Source of the DNA: an uncultured Saccharospirillaceae bacterium
Lineage (GTDB): Bacteria; Bacteroidota; Bacteroidia; Flavobacteriales_D; CAJJDF01
Direction of reading: 5' to 3'
Length of the DNA stretch: 64,000 nt
NCBI GenBank assembly: GCA_950054195.1
Contig: CATLPG010000007.1
Location: forward strand, 1,579-65,578
The notes under the pieces are model-generated. The model did no database searches. It had not been told where the DNA came from and saw nothing but the letters and a program-made list of their open reading frames with translations. The translations under genes were made by a program, and so were the position numbers. Of the stretch, positions 19,307 to 28,913 are shown piece by piece (position 1 is the stretch's first letter; each line of letters begins with the position of its first letter).

Positions 19307-20446
19307 TCAATTCGTATAATAAACCCCGGGTTTATCCCTTAGATTATAAGCAGAAATCATTACTTCTCCATAGGCACCAGCACTGTGGATTTTTATGAGG
19401 TCGCCTCTTCGGGTAATGGGTAAGCTTATTTTTTTTCCAAAACAATCCGAAGATTCACAAATTGGTCCAACTACATCGTAATACTCTGTATACGTATCAG
19501 TATTTGATACGTTTTCTATTTTATGAACTGCTTGATAAAGCGCTGGTCTAATGAGTTCTGTCATTCCAGCATCAATGATGGCAAAATTGGTTTTTATTCC
19601 TTTTTTCACATAAAGCACTTTGCTATATAAAGAACCACAATTCCCAACTAGCGAACGTCCAAGTTCAAAATGAATTTCTTGCCCTTTAAATGGTTTTAAA
19701 AATTGATTGAATAAACCAAAGTAATCTTTAAAGTTAGGGATTGGATTATCTTGAGGGTTCACGTAATCTATACCTAAACCACCACCTAGGTTTAAATGCT
19801 TTAAGCGAATGTTACGTTCATCAAACCATGTGTTTAATTCGTTTACACGCGTACACAGGTTTTTAAAAGGAGTTAAATCAGTAATTTGTGAACCAATATG
19901 AAAATGAATACCAATTAAATCGATATTAGTTAATTCTTGTAATCTTTCAACAATAAAATCTAGCTCCCACATATTAATGCCAAACTTGTTTTCTTCCAAG
20001 CCTGTAGTGATGTATTTATGTGTGTTTGCATTAACATTAGGGTTTATTCTAAGTGCAATACGAGCGGTTGTATTTTTAGCTTTAGCTAATTGGTCAATTA
20101 CTTCAATTTCTTGGATTGATTCACAATTGAAGCAAAAAATATCGTGATCGAGCGCTAAATTAATTTCTTCATCAGATTTTCCAACACCAGCAAAAACTAT
20201 TTGATCTTTTGAGAAATTACTCTCAATGGCCTTTAAAACTTCGTTTCCACTCACACAGTCTGCTCCAAAACCACTAGCATTCATTTTACCTAAAACTTTT
20301 TCATTCACATTTGCTTTTAAGGCATAATGAATGTGGTAACCATATTGCTCGCTTTCTTCTTTTGCTAAAGCTAGTGTTTGATCTAATAAGTGTAGATCAT
20401 AATGATAAAAGGGAGTTTTCTTCTCTTTAAGTTGCTCAATATTCAT
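19307..20446 (-). CDS. lysA: Diaminopimelate decarboxylase
   Basis: PLP-lysine motif YALKAN, plus GGGLGIDY and the EPGRS-like ELGRSLVG. Sits directly downstream of aspartate kinase. Confidence 0.9.
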   Translation of the reverse strand: MNIEQLKEKKTPFYHYDLHLLDQTLALAKEESEQYGYHIHYALKANVNEKVLGKMNASGFGADCVSGNEVLKAIESNFSKDQIVFAGVGKSDEEINLALDHDIFCFNCESIQEIEVIDQLAKAKNTTARIALRINPNVNANTHKYITTGLEENKFGINMWELDFIVERLQELTNIDLIGIHFHIGSQITDLTPFKNLCTRVNELNTWFDERNIRLKHLNLGGGLGIDYVNPQDNPIPNFKDYFGLFNQFLKPFKGQEIHFELGRSLVGNCGSLYSKVLYVKKGIKTNFAIIDAGMTELIRPALYQAVHKIENVSNTDTYTEYYDVVGPICESSDCFGKKISLPITRRGDLIKIHSAGAYGEVMISAYNLRDKPGVYYTN

Positions 20447-20455
20447 CCTAATGAT

Positions 20456-21772
20456 TTATAAGTCAAATAAACCTTTGTTTAAGTCTTTTAAAGCCTCTGT
20501 TTTGTATTTAGACTCAATAATAAATGTAATGTTGTGTTCACTACCTCCGTAGGACATCATACGGATTGGAATATTTTTCATTGCTTCTAAAAGAACTTGA
20601 CCATCACCTCTTTCATTTCTTGGGAAATTACCAACTACACATACGATTGAGAGTTCTTTTTCGATACGAACTTCGCCTAGTAAGCGTAATTCCTCATAAA
20701 TTTCATTGATATGGGTACGATCATCAATTGTTACTGATACAGCAACTTCAGAAGTTGTAATTACATCAATTGGTGTTTGATAACGCTCAAAAATTTCAAA
20801 TACTTTTCTTAAAAAACCGTAGGCCAACAGCATTCGCCCAGATTTAATATTGATAACAGTAATGTCATCTTTAGCAGCAACAGCTGTAAACTTAAACTCT
20901 CTATTATCTCCATCAATAGTTGTTCCTTCTTTTTGAGGATCAAGTGTGTTTTTTAACTTGATTGGAATCTTCTTTTGCTGCGCAGGGTAAACACTTGCTG
21001 GGTGAAGTATTTTTGCTCCAAAGTAAGCTAATTCAGCTGCCTCATTGTAAGAAAGTCTTTCTATTGAATATGTTTTGTCAACTACCCTAGGATCGTTGTT
21101 ATGCATACCATCAATATCAGTCCAAATTTCGATAACATCAGCCTCGATAGCTGCACCTACTAAAGTAGCAGTATAATCACTTCCTCCACGTTTAAGGTTA
21201 TCGATTTCTCCAAACGCATTTCTACAAATATATCCTTGTGTGATAATTACTTGCTTTTCTTTCAGTGGAGTCAATTCCCTCTCAAGGTTATGTTGAATAT
21301 AAAATAAATCTGGTTCTAGATCTTTATCAATACGCATAAAGTCAAGAGCAGAAATTAACTCAGAGTTTTGTCCACGTTCTTCTAAATAGAATTGAAATAA
21401 GGCAGTAGACATTAACTCGCCTTGTGCAAGAATGGCCTTTTCTTCATGAGAAGTAAAAAGATCTTTGGTAAAGCTCATAATAAACTCCATGTGAGAGTCA
21501 ATTAATTTGTGAGCTTCCTCTTTTTTAGCTTTTGTTTCATAGAGGTTTTCTACATATTTCACATAATGATTATGCAATTTTTTGATAGAGTCAATTGCTC
21601 TGTCTTTATCATCATTATGTAGAGCGGTTGCAATTTCAACCAAACTATTTGTTGTTCCTGAAACAGCAGATAGCACAACGAGTACACGTTCTTCTTGAAG
21701 AACAATATCTACAATGCTTTTCAAACGATCAGGAGAACCTAACGAGGTACCTCCAAACTTTAATACTTTCAT
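20456..21772 (-). CDS. lysC: Aspartate kinase (monofunctional)
   Basis: MKVLKFGGTSLG start, RGGSDYTA, ILHP and C-terminal ACT-like repeats. Confidence 0.9.
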   Translation of the reverse strand: MKVLKFGGTSLGSPDRLKSIVDIVLQEERVLVVLSAVSGTTNSLVEIATALHNDDKDRAIDSIKKLHNHYVKYVENLYETKAKKEEAHKLIDSHMEFIMSFTKDLFTSHEEKAILAQGELMSTALFQFYLEERGQNSELISALDFMRIDKDLEPDLFYIQHNLERELTPLKEKQVIITQGYICRNAFGEIDNLKRGGSDYTATLVGAAIEADVIEIWTDIDGMHNNDPRVVDKTYSIERLSYNEAAELAYFGAKILHPASVYPAQQKKIPIKLKNTLDPQKEGTTIDGDNREFKFTAVAAKDDITVINIKSGRMLLAYGFLRKVFEIFERYQTPIDVITTSEVAVSVTIDDRTHINEIYEELRLLGEVRIEKELSIVCVVGNFPRNERGDGQVLLEAMKNIPIRMMSYGGSEHNITFIIESKYKTEALKDLNKGLFDL

Positions 21773-21795
21773 TTAAATTTCAATGTTAAGGGCGA

Positions 21796-21803
21796 CAAAT
21801 ATA
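21796..21803 (-). promoter_or_regulatory. Candidate -7 promoter box (TAnnTTTG) for lysC-lysA
   Basis: The minus strand reads TATATTTG, 24 nt upstream of the lysC ATG. Confidence 0.3.
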
Positions 21804-21879
21804 TTCTTTTTAACTTTATGTTTAAAATAAAACAAAAGAATTTTTTACGTCATTTATTCTTTTATATAAAATACAGTTT

Positions 21880-21976
21880 GTCTGTTCGAGTGCCTCACAA
21901 ATGTGAGGTGTATCGAGAACTGATTTTATCCACTTCTCGATACAAATTTTATTCAAAAATTCACTCGAAGTGACAG
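21880..21976. repeat. Nested palindromic (REP/MITE-like) intergenic element between carB stop and lysC promoter
   Basis: Outer arms are gttcgagtg (21884-21892) and cactcgaag. Inner arms are tatcgagaa (21911-21919) and ttctcgata (21934-21942). There is also a local hairpin cctcaca-aat-gtgagg (21893-21908). Confidence 0.6.
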
Positions 21977-21990
21977 TGTTTTTAAATTGA

Positions 21991-24804
21991 CTATCTACTT
22001 AAGAACATGTTCCTTTCGGAATAGATTTTTCTAAAGAACTTATCCTTTAAACTATCAATAAAGTAAATAGCTTCTCCGGTAGACTTCATTTCTGGACCTA
22101 ATTCTTTATTCACGTTAGGAAACTTGTCAAACGAGAACACAGGAATTTTGATAGCATAACCATCTTTAGTAGGATTAGAAGGAATGTCTTTTAGTTTTTT
22201 TCCAAGCATTACTTTAGTTGCATGATTGATATAAGGCTCTTGGTACGATTTTGCAATAAAAGGAACTGTTCTTGAGGCTCTTGGGTTTGCTTCAATGATG
22301 TATACATTGTCATCTTTTATAGCAAATTGAATATTAATTAACCCAACAGTTTTAAGTGCTAACGCAATTTTTTTGGTGTATTCCTCCATTTGCTCAACAA
22401 TTAAATCACCAAGGTTGTATGGGGGTAAAACAGCATAACTGTCACCAGAGTGTATTCCTGCAGGCTCAATATGTTGCATAATCCCCAGGATACGTACTTC
22501 ATCACCATCACAAATAGCATCAACTTCAGCTTCAATTGCTCCTCCTAAAAAGTGATCTAATAGGATTTGATTATCGGGCATGTCACGAAGAATATTTACT
22601 ACGTGAGTTTCTAATTCTTGCTCGTTGATAACGATTTTCATTTTTTGACCACCAAGAACATATGACGGACGAACTAATAAAGGAAAACCAAGTTTTTTGC
22701 TGAGCTCAATTGCCTGTTCTGCACTTTCAACAACTCCAAACTCAGGATAAGGAATACCTAAATCTTTTAATTTATTAGAGAATCTACCTCTATCTTCAGC
22801 CAAGTCAAGCGAATCAAACCCCGATCCAATTATTTTAATTCCATATTTTTCAAGCTTTTCAGCAAGCTTTAAGGCTGTTTGTCCACCTAATTGTACAATA
22901 ACACCTTCTGGTTTTTCATGAAGAATGATGTCGTAAATATGTTCCCAGAAAACAGGCTCAAAATAGAGTTTGTCAGCAGTGTCAAAATCAGTAGAAACAG
23001 TTTCTGGATTACAGTTAATCATGATGGACTCGTAGCCCATTTCTTTTGCTGCGTATAATCCATGAACACAGCAGTAATCAAATTCTATTCCTTGTCCAAT
23101 TCGGTTTGGTCCTGATCCTAAAACGATTATTTTCTTTTTATCGCTTGAAACAGATTCATTCTCTTCTTCAAAAGTAGAGTAGTAGTAAGGAGTTTGTGCT
23201 TCAAATTCTGCGGCACATGTATCAACTAGTTTATACACTCGATTAATACCCAACTCCTGTCTCTTATTAAACACTTCACTTTCCCAACATCTAAGTAGAT
23301 GAGCAATCTGTCTATCAGCATATCCTTTTTGCTTAGCTTCTAGTAAAAGCTCTTTTGGAATATTTTCAAGATTATATTTTTCTATTTGACGCTCTGTTTT
23401 TATTAAGTCTTCTATTTGTCTTAAGAACCAATCGTCAATCTTTGTTTTCTCTTTAATTGTTTTAAAAGGAATTCCAAGTTTAATAGCATCATAAATATTA
23501 AATAAACGATTCCAGCTAGGGTGTTCTAAGTTGTATAGAATTTCTTCTTGATTTCTACTCTCTTTTCCATCAGCTCCTAATCCGTTACGATTAATTTCAA
23601 GTGATTGACATGCTTTTTGTATAGCTTCTTGGAACGATCGTCCAATACCCATAACTTCTCCAACGGATTTCATTTGTAACCCAAGTTGTCTATCAGATCC
23701 TTTGAATTTATCAAAGTTCCAACGTGGAATTTTTACGATAACGTAATCTAATGTTGGCTCAAAATAGGCAGAAGTTGTTTTAGTAATTTGGTTATCTAGT
23801 TCATCTAGCGTATAACCAATAGCTAGTTTAGCGGCTATTTTAGCGATTGGGTAACCAGTTGCCTTAGAGGCTAGAGCAGATGATCGCGAAACACGAGGGT
23901 TAATCTCAATGGCAATGATATCTTCATTTTCGTCTGGGCTTACTGCAAATTGAACATTACATCCACCAGCAAAAGTTCCGATGGAGCGCATCATTTTGAT
24001 GGCCATATCTCTCATTTTTTGATAGGTTGTATCAGAGAGTGTCATAGCAGGAGCAACTGTTATAGAATCCCCTGTATGGATTCCCATTGGATCAAAATTC
24101 TCAATAGAACAGATAATGATGATATTATCATTTTTATCACGCAAAAGCTCTAATTCATACTCTTTCCAACCAAGAACAGCTTTATCAATCATTACTTCAT
24201 GAATAGGAGAAGCATGTAGTCCACGATTTAAGAGTTCATCAAAATTTTCTGGTTCGTGTACAAAAGATGCACCAGAACCACCTAAAGTATAAGAGGGACG
24301 AATTACTAGAGGAAAACCAAGTTTTTGAGCAATTTCTTTACCTTCTAAAAATGAACGAGCTGTATCAGAAGGAGCAGAGCCAATTCCGATTTCATCCATT
24401 AGAGCTCTAAAAGCTTCACGGTTTTCTGTGATTTCAATAGCATCAATATCTACACCGATGATTCTAACACCATATTCTTCCCAAATTCCAAGTTCTTGAC
24501 ATTTAATACAAAGATTTAGTGCTGTTTGCCCTCCCATAGTAGGTAAAACGGCATCGATGTTATGTTTTTCAAGAATTTCTTCAATCGATTCTGGCTCAAG
24601 GGGACGTAAATAAACATTATCAGCAACCACAGGATCAGTCATGATAGTAGCTGGATTGGAGTTAATCAGCGTTACTTCTATGCCTTCTTCACGAAGTGAA
24701 CGAGATGCTTGCGAGCCTGAATAATCAAACTCACAGGCTTGACCAATTACTATAGGTCCACTACCAATAATTAAAATCGAACGGATGCTTTTATCTCTAG
24801 CCAT
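21991..24804 (-). CDS. carB: Carbamoyl-phosphate synthase large subunit, short form lacking the C-terminal allosteric (MGS-like) domain
   Basis: Two ATP-grasp halves, with IGSGPIVIGQACEFDYSG at the N-terminus and LGSGPNRIGQGIEFDYC at mid-protein. The protein is 937 aa and ends shortly after GPEMKSTGEA. Confidence 0.95.
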   Translation of the reverse strand: MARDKSIRSILIIGSGPIVIGQACEFDYSGSQASRSLREEGIEVTLINSNPATIMTDPVVADNVYLRPLEPESIEEILEKHNIDAVLPTMGGQTALNLCIKCQELGIWEEYGVRIIGVDIDAIEITENREAFRALMDEIGIGSAPSDTARSFLEGKEIAQKLGFPLVIRPSYTLGGSGASFVHEPENFDELLNRGLHASPIHEVMIDKAVLGWKEYELELLRDKNDNIIIICSIENFDPMGIHTGDSITVAPAMTLSDTTYQKMRDMAIKMMRSIGTFAGGCNVQFAVSPDENEDIIAIEINPRVSRSSALASKATGYPIAKIAAKLAIGYTLDELDNQITKTTSAYFEPTLDYVIVKIPRWNFDKFKGSDRQLGLQMKSVGEVMGIGRSFQEAIQKACQSLEINRNGLGADGKESRNQEEILYNLEHPSWNRLFNIYDAIKLGIPFKTIKEKTKIDDWFLRQIEDLIKTERQIEKYNLENIPKELLLEAKQKGYADRQIAHLLRCWESEVFNKRQELGINRVYKLVDTCAAEFEAQTPYYYSTFEEENESVSSDKKKIIVLGSGPNRIGQGIEFDYCCVHGLYAAKEMGYESIMINCNPETVSTDFDTADKLYFEPVFWEHIYDIILHEKPEGVIVQLGGQTALKLAEKLEKYGIKIIGSGFDSLDLAEDRGRFSNKLKDLGIPYPEFGVVESAEQAIELSKKLGFPLLVRPSYVLGGQKMKIVINEQELETHVVNILRDMPDNQILLDHFLGGAIEAEVDAICDGDEVRILGIMQHIEPAGIHSGDSYAVLPPYNLGDLIVEQMEEYTKKIALALKTVGLINIQFAIKDDNVYIIEANPRASRTVPFIAKSYQEPYINHATKVMLGKKLKDIPSNPTKDGYAIKIPVFSFDKFPNVNKELGPEMKSTGEAIYFIDSLKDKFFRKIYSERNMFLSR

Positions 24805-24844
24805 GAAATGTTATAAAAATTGAATGAAAATAAAAAATTGGGTT

Positions 24845-24876
24845 AAAAAAAAGGACAACCAATTGGTTGTCCTTTT
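24845..24876 (-). terminator. Rho-independent terminator after rpmH
   Basis: Perfect stem AAGGACAACC-AATT-GGTTGTCCTT (24851-24874). A run of 8 T follows on the minus strand. Confidence 0.8.
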
Positions 24877-24892
24877 AAAAAGTTATTAACGA

Positions 24893-25051
24893 TTATCTCT
24901 TGTGTTTAGTTTCACACGAAACAGTTAGTTTTTTTCTTCCTTTCTTTCTTCTTCTTGCAAGAACTTTTCTTCCGTTCTTACTTGCCATTCTTTCTCTGAA
25001 ACCGTGTTTGTTTCTTCTTTTTCTATTAGATGGTTGAAATGTTCTTTTCAT
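24893..25051 (-). CDS. rpmH: 50S ribosomal protein L34
   Basis: My own translation of the minus strand gives [52 protein letters not shown]. The L34 signature MKRT.QPS...R...HGFR.RM is present. The ORF is too short for the supplied track. Confidence 0.95.
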   Translation of the reverse strand: MKRTFQPSNRKRRNKHGFRERMASKNGRKVLARRRKKGRKKLTVSCETKHKR

Positions 25052-25106
25052 CGTGTAAAATTTTTATCTATCTATCTTCTAAAATCAACATGTCGATGTT
25101 GGGATG

Positions 25107-25114
25107 CAAAGATA
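25107..25114 (-). promoter_or_regulatory. Candidate -7 promoter box (TAnnTTTG) for rpmH
   Basis: The minus strand reads TATCTTTG, 56 nt upstream of the rpmH ATG. Confidence 0.3.
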
Positions 25115-25142
25115 TGTAAACAATTGGAATAAAAAAATATTT

Positions 25143-27116
25143 TTAAGGCCTTAATTGGATGTTATAAATGGTTACTCCATCAATCTTTTCATTGGCTACT
25201 TTGTCAATGTACTCGAAAATTATGGAATTTCTACCAACTTTTAATTTATCTTTTGGTATACTAATACTAAATACCTGTCTTAGTGCTGGGTTTTTAGTTT
25301 GCTGATACAAACTACCTGTTACTGCATTAGGAACAGCATAGTATTGTTTGTTAACCATTATTTTTAGTTCATTAGTGAAATTTAATCCTTCTGCCTCAAC
25401 TATTAATTGAGGATTGGAACCAATTTGATTTACATTCATGAAGTATTCTAGTGATCTTCTTTTACCAGTATGAACAATTTCAACTAAAGAATTATATGTT
25501 TTCTTTGGTTTATTTTTATCGTATAGGAATACACGTATATCATTATTGCTATACTCAGGTTTATACTCCATCATTTTAATTAGGTAAGCTTTAGCTGCTG
25601 GATCAGAGAATACATTATCAAAATAATAATCAACAACTAGCCATACTCGATCATTATCAGCTAATATTCTTTGAATTCCTTGAAGTGAGTTAGCGTGATA
25701 AACTGTTGTGCTATCAACAGTAAGTGGCACATACTTGTGTTGTTTTGTATCATAAACTCTTTGTCTGTAATGATAGCAATCAACGATGTTTGTATAGTAT
25801 TTTAAACTGTTGACCCCAGTTGTAATTATTTTATCAGTTGGTTTGGAGGTTTCACTTATTTTTACTGCAGCTTCTTTCCAATTAGTAAAATACCAGTGCG
25901 ACATAGTTTTAGATATTACTCTACCATGCTTTTCTGTGCTAACCATGTTCCAAGCTTCTTTAACAGGGGATAAAAGGACTAAACAAACTATACCTGCCAA
26001 CTTAATGACTTTATTATTGACTAATTTTTGTGAGATATACCTGCCAATTATTTTATCTACTACAAAATAAATAGTAACGGCTATGCTAACTAAAAAGAAA
26101 GGGTATATGTATAATAAATATCTTGGCAAAGCAGGTTCTCGGTATATGTACGACATTAGCAGAAAAGGGACTACAAACATTCCCATGATAAAAGCTCCAC
26201 TTTTTTTGTTTAAAAAGTATGATAAAATCAAACCAGGAAACCCAAGAAAGAATAGTTTAGAATAATCACTTTTTATTATGCTTAGGTACATATTAAATGT
26301 TTCGTTTTTCTTCGTTTCAAAAAGTGTTTCCAAGCGATCCCATTTTGGCACTACCCATTCTGCAGATCTTTCAGGAAGGAAATTGGTTAAAAAAGATTTC
26401 ATTGCAGCAGCAAGTGAGGGAGAAAAAATAAAGAATAAACCAATTGTGAATATATAGGCTATAACTGCGTACTTATTCAAGAATGAGCGCTCTTTTTTTT
26501 TGAATAAATTTAGTGTAAATACGATTAAACAATACGCACCAGCTCCAAAAGCAATAAAGAAGGTAAGTGGATGAGTTAGAAAGGATATACCTACAGCTAA
26601 TAAGAAGAATAAAAAATATTTTCCAGAGATATCAATTTTTTTAAAAAAGCCTTTGAGCTGTTCACGGTGTTCAAAGAACTTTAAAAATAAGTATACTGCA
26701 ACAAGAAAAGTAAATAAAAAGATAGAGTAGTTTCTGGCAATTCTAGACCAAAAAATGTGGTATTGAGAAAAAGTTAAAAGCACTATGCTTATGTAAGCTA
26801 TTTTAACATTGAATAGGCGTTTTGTAACTAAAAAAAGCATGAAAATACTGCCAACAGCATATAATACACTAGGAAATCTTGCCCAAAAATCAGAAGTGCC
26901 AAAAATTTTAAAAAAAGGATATATACTATAAGTTAATAAGATTCCATTGTTTTCAAAGCCAATAGAAGGAGCACCTGTAACCATATTTTTTGCGCGTAAA
27001 GCATGGATGTATTCATCTACCCAAATGGAAAGATGTCCTAATTGATAAACTCTAAGGAAAAAAGCTGCGGCAAGTATTACAACTAAAAGCCAATTTTTTT
27101 TTATTAATTGCATCAT
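25143..27116 (-). CDS. GT-C fold glycosyltransferase (ArnT/PMT_2-like, polyprenyl-phosphate-sugar dependent) with ~270-aa C-terminal periplasmic domain
   Basis: About 12 TM helices. The first-loop acidic motif WVDEYIH is typical of ArnT/PMT-type enzymes. The track's longest ORF starts at 27170, only 3 nt from the divergent gene. I prefer the MMQLIKKNW start at 27116/27113, which directly precedes the first TM helix. Confidence 0.75.
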   Translation of the reverse strand: MMQLIKKNWLLVVILAAAFFLRVYQLGHLSIWVDEYIHALRAKNMVTGAPSIGFENNGILLTYSIYPFFKIFGTSDFWARFPSVLYAVGSIFMLFLVTKRLFNVKIAYISIVLLTFSQYHIFWSRIARNYSIFLFTFLVAVYLFLKFFEHREQLKGFFKKIDISGKYFLFFLLAVGISFLTHPLTFFIAFGAGAYCLIVFTLNLFKKKERSFLNKYAVIAYIFTIGLFFIFSPSLAAAMKSFLTNFLPERSAEWVVPKWDRLETLFETKKNETFNMYLSIIKSDYSKLFFLGFPGLILSYFLNKKSGAFIMGMFVVPFLLMSYIYREPALPRYLLYIYPFFLVSIAVTIYFVVDKIIGRYISQKLVNNKVIKLAGIVCLVLLSPVKEAWNMVSTEKHGRVISKTMSHWYFTNWKEAAVKISETSKPTDKIITTGVNSLKYYTNIVDCYHYRQRVYDTKQHKYVPLTVDSTTVYHANSLQGIQRILADNDRVWLVVDYYFDNVFSDPAAKAYLIKMMEYKPEYSNNDIRVFLYDKNKPKKTYNSLVEIVHTGKRRSLEYFMNVNQIGSNPQLIVEAEGLNFTNELKIMVNKQYYAVPNAVTGSLYQQTKNPALRQVFSISIPKDKLKVGRNSIIFEYIDKVANEKIDGVTIYNIQLRP

Positions 27117-27173
27117 GTATCTTCGGGCTTCAAATATTTGAACAATAGGTACAATATTAATAAAAATCATTGA

Positions 27174-28139
27174 ATGAAAATATTAATTACTGGGGTTGCA
27201 GGTTTCGTTGGTTCTAATTTAGCTGAGCGACTGCTTGAACTTGGTCATAAAATTGTAGGGATTGACAACCTTAGCTATGGGGAGAGAAGAAACATTGAAA
27301 AATTTAAAACTGTAGAAAATTTTGAATTTATTAATGGAGATGTTTGTAACCCAATGTTGTTAAAAGACATTAAAGTTGATTTGATTGTACATTTGGCTTC
27401 TCAAAAAATACCTAGGTATTCTAATTCATTAAGAACATTAGAAGAAAATAATATCATGTTGAAAAATGTGATTCAAAAATGTAAGCAGGATAAAATAAGA
27501 GTATTGTTTTCGTCTACTTCTGATGTATATGGTAAAAACCCACAAGTTCCCTTTCACGAGGAGTCTAATTTAGTTCTAGGACCTACAGATGTAAAAAGGT
27601 GGGCATATGCCACTTCAAAGATATATTCGGAGCATTTAATTATTGCAAACCATGAAGAATATGATTTACCCTACACCATTGTTCGATTTTTTGGCTCGTA
27701 TGGTGAAAATCAAAATTTAACTTGGTGGGGAGGTCCACAGTCAGGTTTTATTACTAAAGCATATAATAATGAAGCTATTTCTATCCATGGTGATGGAAAA
27801 CAAACACGTACATTTACTTATGTTCAAGATACAGTACAAGCTCTGGTATTGTGTATAGAAAAAGAACGGGCAGTAAATCAAGTTTATAATATAGCCTCAG
27901 AGCCTGATGAAGAGGTTACAATATTGGATTTAGCTAAGAAAATTTGGTTCTTAGTAAGAAACGAAGAAGAACCTAAGCTAGAATTTATTCCTTACGAGAC
28001 TTTTGGTAAATATGAGGATGTGATTCGAAGAGTTCCTGATATCAGTAAGATTAAAAGAGAATTAGGATATAAGCCACAATATAATCTCACAGATGGTTTA
28101 AAACGAACTATTGATTGGCAACTTAAATTAATAGGTTAG
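27174..28139 (+). CDS. Extended-SDR NAD-dependent nucleotide-sugar epimerase/dehydratase/decarboxylase (UXS / ArnA C-terminal-domain-like)
   Basis: Rossmann motif ILITGVAGFVGSNL, catalytic YATSKIYSE (YxxxK), and STSDVYG. Confidence 0.85.
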   Translation: MKILITGVAGFVGSNLAERLLELGHKIVGIDNLSYGERRNIEKFKTVENFEFINGDVCNPMLLKDIKVDLIVHLASQKIPRYSNSLRTLEENNIMLKNVIQKCKQDKIRVLFSSTSDVYGKNPQVPFHEESNLVLGPTDVKRWAYATSKIYSEHLIIANHEEYDLPYTIVRFFGSYGENQNLTWWGGPQSGFITKAYNNEAISIHGDGKQTRTFTYVQDTVQALVLCIEKERAVNQVYNIASEPDEEVTILDLAKKIWFLVRNEEEPKLEFIPYETFGKYEDVIRRVPDISKIKRELGYKPQYNLTDGLKRTIDWQLKLIG

Positions 28140-28145
28140 TTATAA

Positions 28146-28868
28146 ATGATTTACTTTTTAATTCCAACATATAATGAGGAAGCAAATATTCCTGAATTAG
28201 CTAAAAATCTCTTAGCTGTTTCGTTGGATGAAGAGAAGTTTTTTGTTTTTGTTGATGATAACTCATCTGATAATACGATTGGCACTATCAAAAAACATTT
28301 TCAAGAGCAACACTTAGAAGTTATTTCCAAACTTGAAAACAAAGGTCCGGGAGATTCATTTAACAAAGGTTTTGAATGGATTTTAAATCATTCGAAATCA
28401 GATAAAGATAAGGTGGTTACCCTTGAGGCAGATAACACATCTGATTTAAACATTTTACCTACAATGGTGATGCTTGGTGAAAGAGGGTTTGACTTTGTTT
28501 TAGCATCTGTTTATGCGCAAGGTGGTGGTTTTGGTAAAACTTCTTTCTTTAGAAAATTTCTCTCTTTTGGAGCCAACTTTATGTTCAGATTTATGTACGA
28601 TGTTAAGGTGTTAACACTAAGTTCGTTTTATCGTGCCTATTCTATTCGTTCAATTAAAAAAATTAAAACCCAATATTCTACGATTATCAATGAAGCTGGC
28701 TTTGTATGTATGTTAGAAATTCTATTGAAGGGAATAAAAACAGATGCTACAGTTATTGAGGTTCCAATGATGCTAAAATCAGAGAATAGAAAAGGTAAAT
28801 CAAAAATGAAAGTATATAGGACCATGAAAGCATATATAAGGTTCTTATTTTTTACTCGCTTAAAATAA
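28146..28868 (+). CDS. GT2 polyprenyl-phosphate glycosyltransferase (ArnC / Dpm1-like)
   Basis: Motifs LIPTYNEEANI, VFVDDNSSDNT and a LEADNTSD acidic motif. The ~240-aa size is that of the Dpm1/ArnC class. Confidence 0.75.
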   Translation: MIYFLIPTYNEEANIPELAKNLLAVSLDEEKFFVFVDDNSSDNTIGTIKKHFQEQHLEVISKLENKGPGDSFNKGFEWILNHSKSDKDKVVTLEADNTSDLNILPTMVMLGERGFDFVLASVYAQGGGFGKTSFFRKFLSFGANFMFRFMYDVKVLTLSSFYRAYSIRSIKKIKTQYSTIINEAGFVCMLEILLKGIKTDATVIEVPMMLKSENRKGKSKMKVYRTMKAYIRFLFFTRLK

Positions 28869-28913
28869 CCTCTAACTGTTGGTTAAAGCACTTTCAATGC
28901 TTATTTTTACCCT

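Noticed and set aside
21926-21933. DnaA-box-like TTATCCAC, also at 36156..36163, with rpmH and dnaB in the window suggesting an origin
   Set aside because: There are only two isolated near-boxes ~14 kb apart, one of them inside the palindromic element. There is no cluster, no adjacent AT-rich unwinding element and no dnaA gene.
21773-21990. Possible lysine riboswitch (L-box) upstream of lysC
   Set aside because: The minus-strand leader lacks the conserved L-box core strings I know (for example the AGAGGCGC-type start and the G-rich junctions). The structured part looks like a REP-like palindrome and lies upstream of the best promoter box.
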